Shown here: in pieces, positions 37,822 to 63,937 of the stretch
Layout of the letters: the number at the start of each line of letters is the position of its first letter
Position numbering within the stretch: the stretch's first letter is position 1
Origin: the human T2T-CHM13v2.0 reference genome, Homo sapiens
Strand: one strand, 5' to 3'
DNA: 64,000 nucleotides
Assembly: GCF_009914755.1 (NCBI RefSeq)
Contig: NC_060926.1
Notes under the pieces: generated by a model
Seen by the model: only the letters and a program-made list of their open reading frames with translations
Told to the model about the DNA's origin: nothing
Database searches by the model: none
Translations under genes and position numbers: made by a program

Positions 37822-40800
37822 TGTCAACCTTAAGCAATTGAAAGGATCACAATCCAGTTTAAAAGAGTTTATTCAAGTGCAAAGCTGAGAATAGCCATCC
37901 TGGTAATACAGACTCCAAAGAAATGGGGTCAGTGTTCAGAAGCTGAAAAGTTAAGGTCTTGCTTATATAGGCAAAAAATAAATTTTACAGATTATAACAT
38001 GTTCCATAAAAGGTTGGTTTATGAGTTACCGCAATTTGACTAATTACAGCTGTTTTCTTTTCCTTTTCCAACTTAAAAGGTTATATTTGACATTCCATCT
38101 TAGATGATGTGACAGTCATGAGGTCTTTGTGTAAGAGAAGTAAGAGGAAAGTTAGTCTATTATGAAGACGGACAGTGATATGGTTTGGCTCTCTGTCCCA
38201 ACCCAAATATCTTGAATTATAATCCCCACACATCAAGGGAGGAAGGTGATTGAGTCATGGGGGTGGTTTCCCCCATTCTGTTCTCATTATAGTGAGTGAG
38301 TTCTCACGAGATCTGATGGTTTCATAAGTGTTTGACAGTTCCTCCTTCACATGCTCACTCCTGCTGTCTTGTAAAGAAGGTGTCTACTTCCCCTTCTGCC
38401 ATAATGGTAAGCTTCCTGAGGCCTCCCTGGCCATGCAGAACTGTGAGTCAGTTAAATCTCATTCCTTTATAAATTACCCAGTCTCAGGTATTTCTTTAAA
38501 GCAGTGAGAAAACAGGCTAATACAATAAATTGGTAACACAGAGAGTAGGGTACTGCTGTAAAGATATTTGAAAATGTGGAAGTGACTTTGGAATTGGGTA
38601 AGAGGCAGAGGTTGGAACAGTTTGGAGGGCTCACAAGGAGACAGGAAGATGTGGGAAAGTTTGGAACTTTCTAGAGACTCATTGAATGGTTTTGACCAAA
38701 ATGCTGATAATGATGTGGACAATGAAGTCCAGGCTGAGGTGGTCTCAGATGGAAATGAGGAACTTCTTGGGAACTAGAGCAAAGGTCACTCTTGCCATGC
38801 TTTAGCAAAGAGACTGGTGGCATTTTGCCCCTGCCCTAGAGATCTGTGGGAATTTGAACTTGAGAGAGATGATTTAGGGTATCTGGTGGAAGAAATTTCT
38901 AAGCAGCAAAGCATTCAAGATGTCACCTGGATTATTCTGAAAGCATTCAGTTTTATGCATTCTCAAAGAGATGGTTTGAAATTGGAAATTAGGCTTAAAA
39001 GGGAAACAGAGCATAAAAGTTTGGAAAATTTGCAGCCTCACGATGCAATAGAAAAGAAAAATTCATTTTCTGGGGAGAAATTCAAGTCAGCTGCAGAAAT
39101 TGAAACTTTTTTAAACTATGAGAATGCTTTATTAGGCAAAACCACATACTATGAAAATGCTTTAAAATGCAATAGGATATGATGAGAAGACACAAAGAAC
39201 AAGTGCAGAGTGACACATGGCTATCAGAACACACTAAGAATCCACACCACTTCCATGAGTAACAAGCAGCCAAATGTTAATCACCAAAACAATGGAGAAA
39301 ATATCTCCAGGGCATGTCAGGGGTCTTTACGGCAGCCCCTCCCATCACAGGTCTGGAGGCCTAGGAGGAAAAATGGTTTCATGGGCTAGGCCCAGGGCTC
39401 CCACTGCTCTGTGCCACCTTGGGACATGATGCCTTGCATCCCAGCCACTGCAGCTTCAGTTGTGGCAAATAGGGGCCAAGGTACAGCTCAGGGTGTTGCT
39501 TCAGATGGCACAAGCCCCAAACCTCAGTAGCTTCCAAGTGTTTTGGGGCTTACAGGTGCACAGAAGTCAAGAATTGAGGTTTGGGAACCTCTGCCTAGAT
39601 TTCGGAGGATGTATGAAAATGCCTGGGTGTCCAGATAGAATTATGCTGCACAGGTGGAGCCCTCATGGAGAGCCTCTGCTAGGGCAGTGTAGAAGGGAAA
39701 TGTGGGGTTGCAGCCCCCTCACAGAGTCCCCAGTGGAGTACTGACTAGTGGAGCTGTGAGAAGAGGGCCACCTTCCTCCAGAACCAAGAATGGTAGATCC
39801 ACTGAAAGCTTGAACCATGCCCATGGAAAAGCCACAGACACTCAATACCAGCCTGTGAAAGCAGCTGGGAGGGAGGCTGTACCCTGCAAAGCCACAGGGG
39901 TGGAGCTGCCCAAGACCATGGGAGCCCATCTCTTGCATCAACATGACCTGGATGTAAGACAGGGAATCAAAGGAAATTATTTTGGAGCTTAAAGATTTAA
40001 TGACTGCCCTGCTAGATTTTGGACTTGCATGGGGCCTGTAGCCCCTTTGTTTTGGCCAATTTCTCCCATTTGGAATGGAGGCATTTATCCAATGCCTGTA
40101 CCACCATTGTATCTTGGAAGTAACTAACTGTCTTTTGATTTTAAAGGCTCCTGGGCAGAAGGGACTTGCCTTGTCACAGATGAGACTTTGGATGTAGACT
40201 TTTGGGTTAATTCTGGAATGAGTTAATACGGTGGGGGAGTGTTGGAAAAGCACGATTGGTTTTGAACTGTGAAAAGACATGATATTTGGGAGGGGCCAGG
40301 TGTAGAATGATATAATTTGGGCTCTGTATCCCCACCCTCCCAACTCATCTAGAATTGTAATCCCCATGTGTGAAAGGAGGGACCTGTAATCCCCATGTGT
40401 CAAGGGAGGGAGATGACTGGATCATGGGGACGGTTTCCCCCATGCTGTTCTCATGATAGTGAGTGAGCTCTCACTAGATCTGATGGTTTTATAAGTGTTT
40501 GACTGTTCCTCCTTCACACACTCACACTCTCTTCTGCCACCCTGTGAAGAAGGTGCCTGCTTCCCCTTCTGCCATGATTATAAGTTTCCTGAGGCCTCCC
40601 TGGCTATGCAGAACAGTGAGTCAATTAAGCCACTTTCCATTATAAATTACCCAGTCTTGGATATTTCTTTATAGCAGTGTGAAAACAGACCAATACAGAC
40701 AGTGAAGAGGGAAGGCAGGCTTCTCTGGTATCCTTTAGTCTTTAACAACATTTTACAGAATAATGTAGGTAGAGAAAAGTTTATAATCAGAGGAACAAAG

Positions 40801-40936
40801 ATTACAGCTGCCTAGGTTACAACAGCCCAAGTTACAGCTGTCTGTTATGTGGCCCAGGTCCCCAAATCACATTCCTTTAAAGCTCAGAATAATTTAAAGT
40901 TCCAATATCTTTGATTTTGAATTGCTTGTTTTTATA
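37822..40936 (-). mobile_element. ERV1-type LTR hosting the THE1D element
   Basis: tgtcaaccttaa...gagttttattcaag; resumes after 40697; possible TSD cata. Confidence 0.55.
38176..40697 (+). mobile_element. Full-length THE1D MaLR: LTR 38176-38524, internal 38525-40307, LTR 40308-40697
   Basis: Two homologous LTRs; MaLR internal ORF remnant (38817-39100); 5-bp TSD gacag. Confidence 0.93.
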
Positions 40937-40948
40937 CATACATGTTTT

Positions 40949-41522
40949 TGAAACCACCATTGCAAAATTATAACTGAGACAGTGAAAGAGACCCAACCAA
41001 TTCCATCTTCCTCCTAACCTCCAAGTTGCCCATGTTCATTCCTGGGCATAGGCTGAACTAACTTTGGGAAGAACTTAGTTTATAGTTCATAGTTTAAAAC
41101 AAAGTAGATAATAGCTTTTTCTTAAAACAAACCTCCTTCTTGCCTAGGGACTAGACTGCCTTTGTAGGACTAACAAATTAGCCACAACATTAGAAATTAT
41201 GGTTTAGGTGTCATGCAGCTGGAGGCTACAAGATTCTGACCCTCCCCAAATTGCTCATGGTGATAACATCATTATTGTAAAACCTAAGATCAGTGCTTGA
41301 GATAATTTGCAGACCCTGCATTTGCTGGATCAGCTGGAAACACCCACATCAATAAACTGGCTCATCTGATCTTGTGGCCCCCAACCACGAACTGACTCAG
41401 TGCAAGAAGACAGCTTCAATTTCCTATGATTTCATTTCTGACCCAACCAATCAGCACTCCCAACTCACTGCCCCACCCCCCTCTTCCCACCAAATTATAC
41501 TCAAAAACTCTGATCCTTGAAT
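40949..41522 (+). mobile_element. LTR8-family LTR, 3'-truncated
   Basis: tgaaaccaccattgcaaaattataactgag...; stops at the L1 junction. Confidence 0.82.
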
Positions 41523-42094
41523 CTAGAACTAGAAATACCATTTGACCCAGCCATCCCATTACTGAGTATATACACAAAGGATTATAAATCATGCTGCTAT
41601 AAAGACACATGCACACGTATGTTTATTGCGGCACTATTCACAATAGCAAAGACTTGGAACCAACCCAAATGTCCATCAATGATAGACTGGATTAAGAAAA
41701 TGTGACACGGTGGGGAGGAGCCAAGATGGCCAAATAGGAACAGCTCCGGTCTACAGCTCCCAGCGTGAGCGACGCAGAAAAGACAGCCGATTTCTGCATT
41801 TCCATCTGAGCTTTGAAGAGAGCAGTGGTTCTCCCAGCACGCAGCTGGAGATCTGAGAACGGGCAGACTGCCTCCTTAAGTGGGTCCCTGACCCCTGACC
41901 CCTGAGCAGCCTAACTGGGAGGCACCTCCCAGCAGGGGCAGACTGACACCTCACACGGCCGGGTACTCCAACAGACCTGCAGCTGAGGGTCCTGTCTGTT
42001 AGAAGGAAAACTAACAAACAGAAAGGACATCCACACCAAAAAGCCATCTGTACATCACCATCATCAAAGACCAAAAGTAGATAAAAACACAAAG

Positions 42095-43109
42095 ATGGGG
42101 AAAAAACAGAGCAGAAAAACTGGAAACTCTAAAAAGCAGAGTGCCTCTCCTCCTCCAAAGGAATGCAGTTCCTCACCAGCAACGGAACAAAGCTGGACGG
42201 AGAATGACTTTGACGAGTTGAGAGAAGAAGGCTTCAGATGATCAAATTACTCCGAGCTACGGGAGGACATTCAAACCAAAGGCAAAGAAGTTGAAAACTT
42301 TGAAAAAAATTTAGAAGAATGTATAACTAGAATAACCCATACAGAGAAGTGCTTAAAGGAGCTGATGGAGCTGAAAACCAAGGCTCGAGAACTACGTGAA
42401 GAATGCAGAAGCCTCAGGAGCCGATGAGATCAACTGGAAGAAAGGGTATCAGGGATGGAAGATGAAATGAATGAAAGGAAGCAAGAAGGGAAGTTTAGAG
42501 AAAAAAGAATAAAAAGAAATGAGCAAAGCCTCCAAGAAATATGGGACTATGTGAAAAGACCAAATCTACATCTGATTGGTGTACCTGAAAGTGATGGGGA
42601 GAATGGAACCAAGTTGGAAAACACTGTGCAGGATATTATCCAGGAGAACTTCCCCAATCTAGCAAGGCAGGCCAACATTCAGATTCAGGAAATACAGAGA
42701 ACACCACAAAGATACTCCTCAAGAAGAGCAACTCCAAGACACATAATTGTCAGATTCACCAAAGTTGAAATGAAGGAAAAAATGTTAAGAGCAGCCAGAG
42801 AGAAAGGTCAGGTTACCCTCAAAGGGAAGCCCATTAGGCTAACAGCGGATCTCTCAGCAGAAACTCTACAAGCCAGAAAGAGTGGGGGCCAATATTCAAC
42901 ATTCTTAAAGAAAAGAATTTTCAGCCCAGAATTTCATATCCTGCCAAACTAAGCTTCATAAGTGAAGGAGAAATAAAATACTTTACAGACAAGCAAATGC
43001 TGAGAGATTTTGTCACCACCAGGCCTGCCCTAAAAGAGCTCCTGAAGGAAGCGCTAAACATGGAAAGGAACAACCGGTACCAGCCACTGCAAAATCATGC
43101 CAAAATGTA
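42095..43109 (+). pseudogene. L1 ORF1p, disrupted
   Basis: Begins MGKKQSRK; premature TGA at about 42239 and 42425; frameshift near 42880. Confidence 0.92.
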
Positions 43110-43173
43110 CAGACCATTGAGACTAGGAAGAAACTGTATCAACTAACGAGCAAAATAACCAGCTAACATCATA

Positions 43174-46997
<3,824 letters not shown>

Positions 46998-47781
46998 ACA
47001 ATGAGAACACATGGACACAGGAAGGGGAACATCACACTCTGGGGCCTGTTGTGGGGTCGGGGGAGGGGGGAGGGATAGCATTGGGAGATATACCTAATGC
47101 TAGATGACGAGTTAGTGGGTGCAGCGCACCAGCATGGCACATGTATACATATGTAACTAACCTGCACATTGTGCACATGTACCCTAAAACTTAACGTATA
47201 ATAATAAAAAATAATAAAAAATAAAAAAAAGAAAAAGAAAATGTGTCACATATACACTGTGGAATACTATGCAGCCATAGAAAAGGATGAGTTCATGTCC
47301 TTTGTAGGGACATGGATGAAGCTGGAAACCATCATTCTGAGCAAACTATTGCACTGACAGAAAACCAAACACCGCATGTTCTCACTCATAGGTGGGAATT
47401 GAACAATGAGAACACTTGGACAGAGGAAGGGGAACATCACACACCGGGGCCTGTTTTGGGGTGGGGGAAGGGAGAAGGGATAGCATTAGGAGACATACCT
47501 AATGTAAATGACGAGTTAATGGGTGCACCACACCAACATGGCACATGTATACATATGTAAGAAACCTGCACAATGTGCACATGTACCCTAGAACTTAAAG
47601 TATACTAATAAAAAAAAATTGGTTTATGATGTGCCTTGGAGTAGTTTTCTTTATGTTTTTGACTTGATATTAATTTTGTTTATTGGACCTGTAGGCTTAG
47701 AGTTTTCATCAAATTTGGAATTTTTTCATTATAATTTTTTAAAAATATTTTTTCTGTCCTCCACTTTGAAGACTCCAATTG

Positions 47782-48361
<580 letters not shown>

Positions 48362-48574
48362 TCAGACCTTGTAATTTTCATCTATAGATGTACAGTTTAC
48401 ATTCTTTCTGTGCCTTCCATATTTCCACTTAACAGGATCAGTCTTCCTTCTTCCTTTTTGTACCTGTGGAATACAGTGATAATTATAGTTTTTAAAGTTG
48501 CTTTCTACTAGTTGCATCATCTGTGTCATTTCTTGATTAGTTTTGATTGAGCAATTTTTCTGTTGATTAGGAGT

Positions 48575-49047
48575 ATAACATTAAGTAACTCAAGCTTAAA
48601 ATAATTCAAACTTAAAGCTATTGGAACTTTAAATTATCCTGAGCCTTGCAGGCCTTTGGCTACACAGCCTCAGTGAGGCAGTATGCAGCTGCAACTCCTG
48701 CCTTTTTTTCCCTCTGTAAGTAATTAAGACCAAACGGCACCAGAAATCAGACCCCGTCAAATCACTCCTCCCCGTCATGGAGTAATGAAGAATCTTCCTT
48801 GGAATGTAGCAATCTGCACCAATCAAATCACTGTGGCATCTGTACCTGGTCTCGTATGGAAACTGCAATCCTGCTGGAGCTTTTCTGTCTCTGTCCACTT
48901 AAGCAAAACTGTAACTCTTCCACTTTGGAAACACTGACTCCTTTTGTGTGGAGTTGGTGCTTTCCTGGGTGGATATCCTCAAGCTTTGCTCTTGAATAAA
49001 CTCTGCACTTAATTAGATTCTGTAAATCTCATTATTTAAGATCGACA
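48575..49047 (+). mobile_element. LTR47-like solo LTR within an old L1M
   Basis: aaagctattggaactttaaattatcctgagcc...gaataaactc...gatcgaca; TSD approximately ggagt/gaagt. Confidence 0.6.
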
Positions 49048-49192
49048 GAAGTCATATTTTTATTGTTTCTTTTTGTGCCTGATAAATTGTGATTGGATGA
49101 TAGACATTTTGAATCTCACGTTGCTAGTGGCTGGATTTGTTCATATTCCTTTATTTTATTTTTAAATTGTTATGTTTTAAAATCTCTAGCCC

Positions 49193-49649
<457 letters not shown>

Positions 49650-50152
49650 CTAGGTCTAATTTTGCCCCACTCAGTTAAAGACCTTCTGAATAATTTACCC
49701 AATCCCTCATGAATTATGAAGTTTTATATTCTTGCTGGTGGGAACTGAAACTCTTTCTGACTATATTATCCCAGGACTGTTTCCTGTAATCCTTTCTGGT
49801 GGTTCTTTCTAACACTTTTGGAGAGAAGAAAGCTATACATGAAATTACAATTACACATGTAAATTTCTTACATGCACGCACTGACCAGTGCTCAGACCTC
49901 CAGAGCTCTATGTCTTTCTCCCTTCCTACTCTGTCCTGTGAATTCCAATCTGCTCAGATTCCCAGCTCAGTCCTCTCAATTCTAGGAGCCTTGGATCCTA
50001 TCTGGCTTCCTCCTTCCTGCATGAGGCCTGGAAACTCCGGGCAGTCAGCAGGTCAATCACAGGGCTCATATCTTTTATTTTTTATCTTTCAGGGATGACT
50101 GTCTTTGTTGTCTGATGTCCAACATCTTCCAAGCCTTTGTTATCTGTATTTT

Positions 50153-50712
50153 TGTAACCACAGGACCAGTTCTAATGCCCTATGTGGTCTCCCAACTGCA
50201 GGGACATTTCTAGCTAGCCCTATTGTGTTGATAACAGGTTGTCAAGTTACTTTACAAGCACAGAGTCAAGAAAGTGCACATCATGCAGCCAGAGTGCGGG
50301 CAGAAAAGGAGACTTCAACCTCAACACCCAGAACTAAAGCCTGGCCACACTCCCTAGAAACCATAGATCAGGACATAGTTGGAACCCCAACATGGAAAGC
50401 TTTGAAAAGCGAGCGGTCCATCAGAGCCCAGGAATGTCTGGTGATAAGACCTCTCCTCGTGCCTTCCCATAAATAGTCTTGTTTGAAGTCTTTCCAATCA
50501 AAACCTGCCCTGCCAGTGCTTCTGCATACCAACCTGTCCTCTGTAGTCCACGAAAGCTGCCCCAAACCACAAACTGGGGAGACCAACTTGAGCCCATCTA
50601 CTATCTCCTTGCTCAGCTGCCTTCCGATAAACCTTTCTCTCTAAAAAATCTGATGCTTTGGTGCTGGGCTTTCCATTGCAAATGAGCAAATGGAGCCCGT
50701 TCAGTTCTGCAA
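50153..50712 (+). mobile_element. ERV1-type solo LTR
   Basis: tgtaacc...ttctgcaata; related to 8918-9434. Confidence 0.55.
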
Positions 50713-51113
50713 TATTTTGAATATTTTGTCTCTTTTTTGTTTGTTTGTTTGTTTGTTTGTTTACATTGTTTCTGGAGGGAGGGTAATCTAGTCCCTGTTA
50801 TTCCATTTTGGAAGCATAAGTCTCCACTGGTTGATGTTAACCAAGCCAACTAAATTTGCTAGAAAATGATTCCAAGTACAAATGAGTAGTCCTATCGGTC
50901 ATGGAGGCCCCCTGTGCTGGAAAACACTGCCTCCAAGAGGGCTTCCTTCTGCTTAGTCTCCAGCCACTGCCCCCTTGAAGTTCAATTTCAAGGTCTCAGT
51001 GATGTCAGTGTTCCAAACTCAGAAATGAATCTACTGAGTAGCCAGCCATAGCTACCACTAGTTTGGCTTGATTCTATGCCTGGTCTTAGAGTGTTCACAT
51101 GTATTAGCTCATT

Positions 51114-51525
51114 GTTTTAGTCTGTTTTATGTTGCTATAAAGGAATACCTGAGACTTGGTGATTTGTAAAGAAAAGAGGTTTATTTGGCAGATGGTTCTG
51201 CAGGCTGTACAAGCATGGCATCAGCATCTGCTTGGCTTCTGGTGTGGCTTCAGGAAGCTTTTACTCATAGTGGAAAGTGAAGGGGAGCAGGAGTGTCACA
51301 TGGCAAGAGAGAGAGCAAAAAAGAGAAAGGAGGTGCTAAGCTCCTTTAAACCACCAGCCCTCACGTGAACTAATAGAGAACCCACTCATCACCAAGAGGA
51401 TGGCACCAAGCCATTCTTGAGGGATCCGCCCCCATGACCCAACATCTCCCACCAGGCCCCACGTCCAGCATTGGAGATCACATTTCAACATGAGAGCTGC
51501 AGGGACAAATATCCAAACTATATCA
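51114..51525 (-). mobile_element. MSTA/B solo LTR
   Basis: gttgctataaaggaatacctgagact...ggacaaatatccaaactatatca. Confidence 0.88.
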
Positions 51526-51529
51526 CTCA

Positions 51530-51775
51530 TGAACTCTCACAATATCCTCAAGATGCAGATACTGTTATGTATTTATTTTCAACTGAGAACACTGAGCCTC
51601 AGAGGGGCTAAGTAACATGATGGAGGTTACATGGCTAGCAACCCCAGATCTGCCACTTCCTAGCTATGTGCCCTTCACTGCAACAAGGTGTGCATGTCAT
51701 AGGGTTGTGAGGACAAGGTTAATTCAGTGCTTAACTCATAGTTGGTGCTCAGTAAATGCTAGTTATATCATTACT
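51530..51775. mobile_element. MIR fragments in both orientations
   Basis: gaacactgagcctcagaggggctaagtaac; tctgccacttcctagctatgtg...ctcagtaaatgctag. Confidence 0.65.
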
Positions 51776-52342
51776 GCATGTGGCTGCAAGATCAAGTCCA
51801 TTAGGTAGACTGTTAGAGCAGGGGACTTTTGGACTATCTGTGCCAAGGAGTCCTAATGAGACTTGCAGCCTGGGAAGGTCATTTTCCTCTGGGAACCTTC
51901 CACTGGGCTCTAAAGACCACCTTCGGTTTGCACCCTTTCACTCCCTCCTCACCCTCATGCTCCTAAGAGCTCACCCTCCCAGCCTCAGCCCAGAGCCCAG
52001 AGTGTGCTACTCCCCATCACCTCAGTCCACTGCTCCTGGGCCTGACAACCTTGGCCTCACCTTCTGGAACAGCTGCCTCCCAGGGCTTCCACCTCTTTGT
52101 ATCTGTTCCCTGCTTAACCTCCCTCCGGCAGAGTTCCAGTCTCAGGCATCCTTGCCGTCCAGCTCCCAGCATGCCACGGTAGCCTTAATAACAGCTTCAT
52201 TGAATGAGTAATTGGGAACATGTGTACTGAGAAGTCAAGCCCTCCCGCCACTGAGGACAGTTCAACCCTCATGCACTCTGAGACACCCATTTCCCTGAGA
52301 CCCCACCTCCCTGAGGGCCCCGACCTCTGCAGCCAGAGCACT

Positions 52343-52656
52343 TGACAGCATAGCCTGAGAGTGGGCACCATGTGCTTCTCTGGACACCATGCTGTGACAG
52401 CATAGCCTGAGAGTGGGCACTGTGTGCTTCTCTGGACACCACGCTGTGACAGCATAGCCTGAGAGTGGGCACCGTGTGCTTCTCTGGACACCACGCTGTG
52501 ACAGCATAGCCTGAGAGTGGGCACCATGTGCTTCTCTGGACACCATGCTGTGACAGCATAGCCTGAGAGTGGGCACCGTGTGCTTCTCTGGACACCACGC
52601 TGTGACAGCATAGCCTGAGAGTGGGCACCGTGTGCTTCTCTGGACACCATGCTGTG
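52343..52656. repeat. 52-bp minisatellite, 6 copies
   Basis: Unit tgacagcatagcctgagagtgggcacYRtgtgcttctctggacaccaYgctg starting at 52343, 52395, 52447, 52499, 52551 and 52603. Confidence 0.97.
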
Positions 52657-53234
52657 CACACTGTAGGCACTAAAGAAGCATATGCTGAAGGGATTGGAAT
52701 GAAATTGGATCATAGAGAGCATAGGCTTCCTTAAGCCTCTGGTAGGAGCCATTAATTGCTAGGACTCTGGCCGTGGGCTGTCGTGTTCTAGGAGGAGGTT
52801 GCTGAGCGGTGCCAGATATGCAAGGAGCTTGACCCTGGAGTAAGGGCAGGGCAGGGAGGGGACCCAGTGGAAAGAAAGAAAAATGCCATGGCATAGTTCC
52901 CACTTACCCAGTGGCCTACACTTCTCGCTCTTCAAACTCCTCTAGGATCTGTCTTGACTTCACCAGCAGCTGTGGCATGACCTGTCCATTACCCGTTAAC
53001 AGATCCGAGATTGTTAATGTCAATTACCCATTAACAATTACTCATTAGCCCAAACTATTAATGGGTTGGGAGCACATGTGCTTGGAGCCCAGTGGCCTGG
53101 AAGGGCACTCAGTCCATGCAGGAGCAGCATCACCACCTCAGACCACTCACCCAAGCTTCAGAGGCCCCGTCTGTTAGCCACTTTGAGGGGACAAGGAGAC
53201 ATGTCTGAGGGTGGGGGTTGTGGGCTGGCCTTCC

Positions 53235-53609
53235 TGATGTGGTTTGGCTGTGTCCTCATCCAAATCTCATCTTGAATTGTATGTAGTTCCCATAATCCCC
53301 ACATGTTGTGGGAGGGACCGGGTGGAGATAGCAGAATTATGGGGGCAGTTTCCCCCATACTGTTCCCGTGATAGTGAGTGAGTTTTATAAGGGGCTTCTG
53401 AGATCTGATGGTTTTATAAGGGTCTTCCCCCTTTTGCTTGGTTCTCATTCTCTCTTCTGCCGTCCTGTAAAGAGGTGCCTTCCGCTGCAATTGTAAGTTT
53501 CCTGAGGCCTCCCCAGCCATGCAGATCTGTAAGTCAATTAAACCTCTTTCCTTTGTAAATTACCCAGTCTCTGGCAGATGCTTATAATAGTATGAAAACA
53601 AACTAATAC
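53235..53609 (+). mobile_element. THE1B/C solo LTR
   Basis: tgatgtggtttggctgtgtcc...aaacaaactaatac. Confidence 0.88.
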
Positions 53610-54079
53610 TCCCCCCAACGCTGAAAGCTCATGCTCAGACACCCCTGCCACCACTTCTAGGCACTTGTAGACCTCTACTCAGCATCCGTCCTGCGACAGT
53701 GACTGTGCTGTGGGTGGACATGTCCCTGCGCCTGGGGCCACTTTTTGCAGGGTGTCTGCTGTGTTGATGCATGGGCTGGGGTGGTCAGACATTTGCTTGT
53801 GAGGCCCTTTGTGGTATAGGACATGGTGCAGACTGGTGTAGGCCATGGCTGAGGGCTGGAGCCAGCTTGTCCCACCCCACTAGGTTCCTGCAAGGAAATC
53901 CAAGGAGTCCAAGAACTCCAAGATTTGACTTGGCCTTCTAGGCCAGATGATGGCATATTTGTCAAGGTGGTAGGAGAGGAACATATTTCAATAACTTGTT
54001 AGCTAGATAGAACACTTCAATGTCTAGACCTAGGGTGTGTGGGCCTGGGCCCCACAAACATTAGGAAAGGGGCTGAATA

Positions 54080-54260
54080 ACTGTGTGACTGCCAGCTAGG
54101 TAAATAGTAACCTGGGCAGGCAAGTTACTGCTTCTTCCTGCACCTCAGCAGCCTCTTCTGTGAGTGGGGCTTGTTGAAAGGATTGAGTTTATCTTTATGA
54201 AGTGCTTAGCACAGCTCCTGTCACACAGTAGGTGACTGATGAATGTTTATTATTGTTATC
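54080..54260 (+). mobile_element. MIR fragment
   Basis: cctgggcaggcaagttac...aagtgcttagcacagctcctgtcacacagtagg. Confidence 0.65.
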
Positions 54261-55032
54261 ACAGTGGATGCTGAGATCAGACCAACACCAAACTTCTAGG
54301 GACTCCACTGGTGGATATGGGACTCTGGCTTCTGAGTCTACCTCACTGCGAGCCCATGTTCCCAGAAAAGTCCTGCATGTGGGAGAGATGAGAGGTGGCC
54401 ACCACAAGGAGGTAGACTGGAAACCCTCTAGGACAGTGAGGACAATACAGAATAGTAGATTTGGTAGGAATATTTATTTCCCGTCTCTATCCCTCATGAC
54501 GTGATGATTCAGGGGCTTGCCTCTCTGCAAAATGGCAGTCTTGGTGATCCAGTGGTCCCAGCACACTGCTCAGCAGCACTCCCACCTCTGCCACTGACAG
54601 CCTCTGCCACCTGGGGAGCTAGGAGGTAATGAAAATGGGAGGCACCAGTTCCCCTGGGACAGGACAGTCCTGCCCAGGCTTGAGGCTAATACAATGCTTT
54701 ACAGCCTCTGAAGGAGATACTAGCAGAAGGTGTTTTTTACCAATAAATTACAGTCATGCCTCATTAGTAGCCATAGTTCAGTTTTATAAAATCACCTCAA
54801 CCGCTGAATTAACAAATACAGAGCCATCGCTCCTAGGAAAAATTCAGAGGTAGGTTCCTGCAAGCCTCTGGTCACATTTTTGTCAACTTATCAACACAAA
54901 ATCTTGTTTTATGTGCATTTCTGTTGAAACACACCTTATTTACTATGTATTGTTGATGTACTAACATTGAACACAATAGCCAACAATACTATAAATCATG
55001 CCTGAATGAAGTTTACTTAAGACATGTATTTT

Positions 55033-63859
<8,827 letters not shown>

Positions 63860-63937
63860 AAGACATGTATTTCATCACAGATTTCCTGCGTGTAATGATA
63901 TTAGATAGAACTTCAGCACTATGCTTAAGGGACTTCC

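Noticed and set aside
39663-40403. 246-aa minus-strand ORF
   Set aside because: It is an antisense reading of THE1D internal and LTR sequence.
40354-40410. Tandem duplication in the THE1D 3' LTR absent from the 5' LTR
   Set aside because: As I recall this is a common THE1D length variant, and loss of one unit by slippage explains the difference.
52343-52656. CRISPR-like array
   Set aside because: The units are head-to-tail with no unique spacers, there are no cas genes, and the context is primate DNA.
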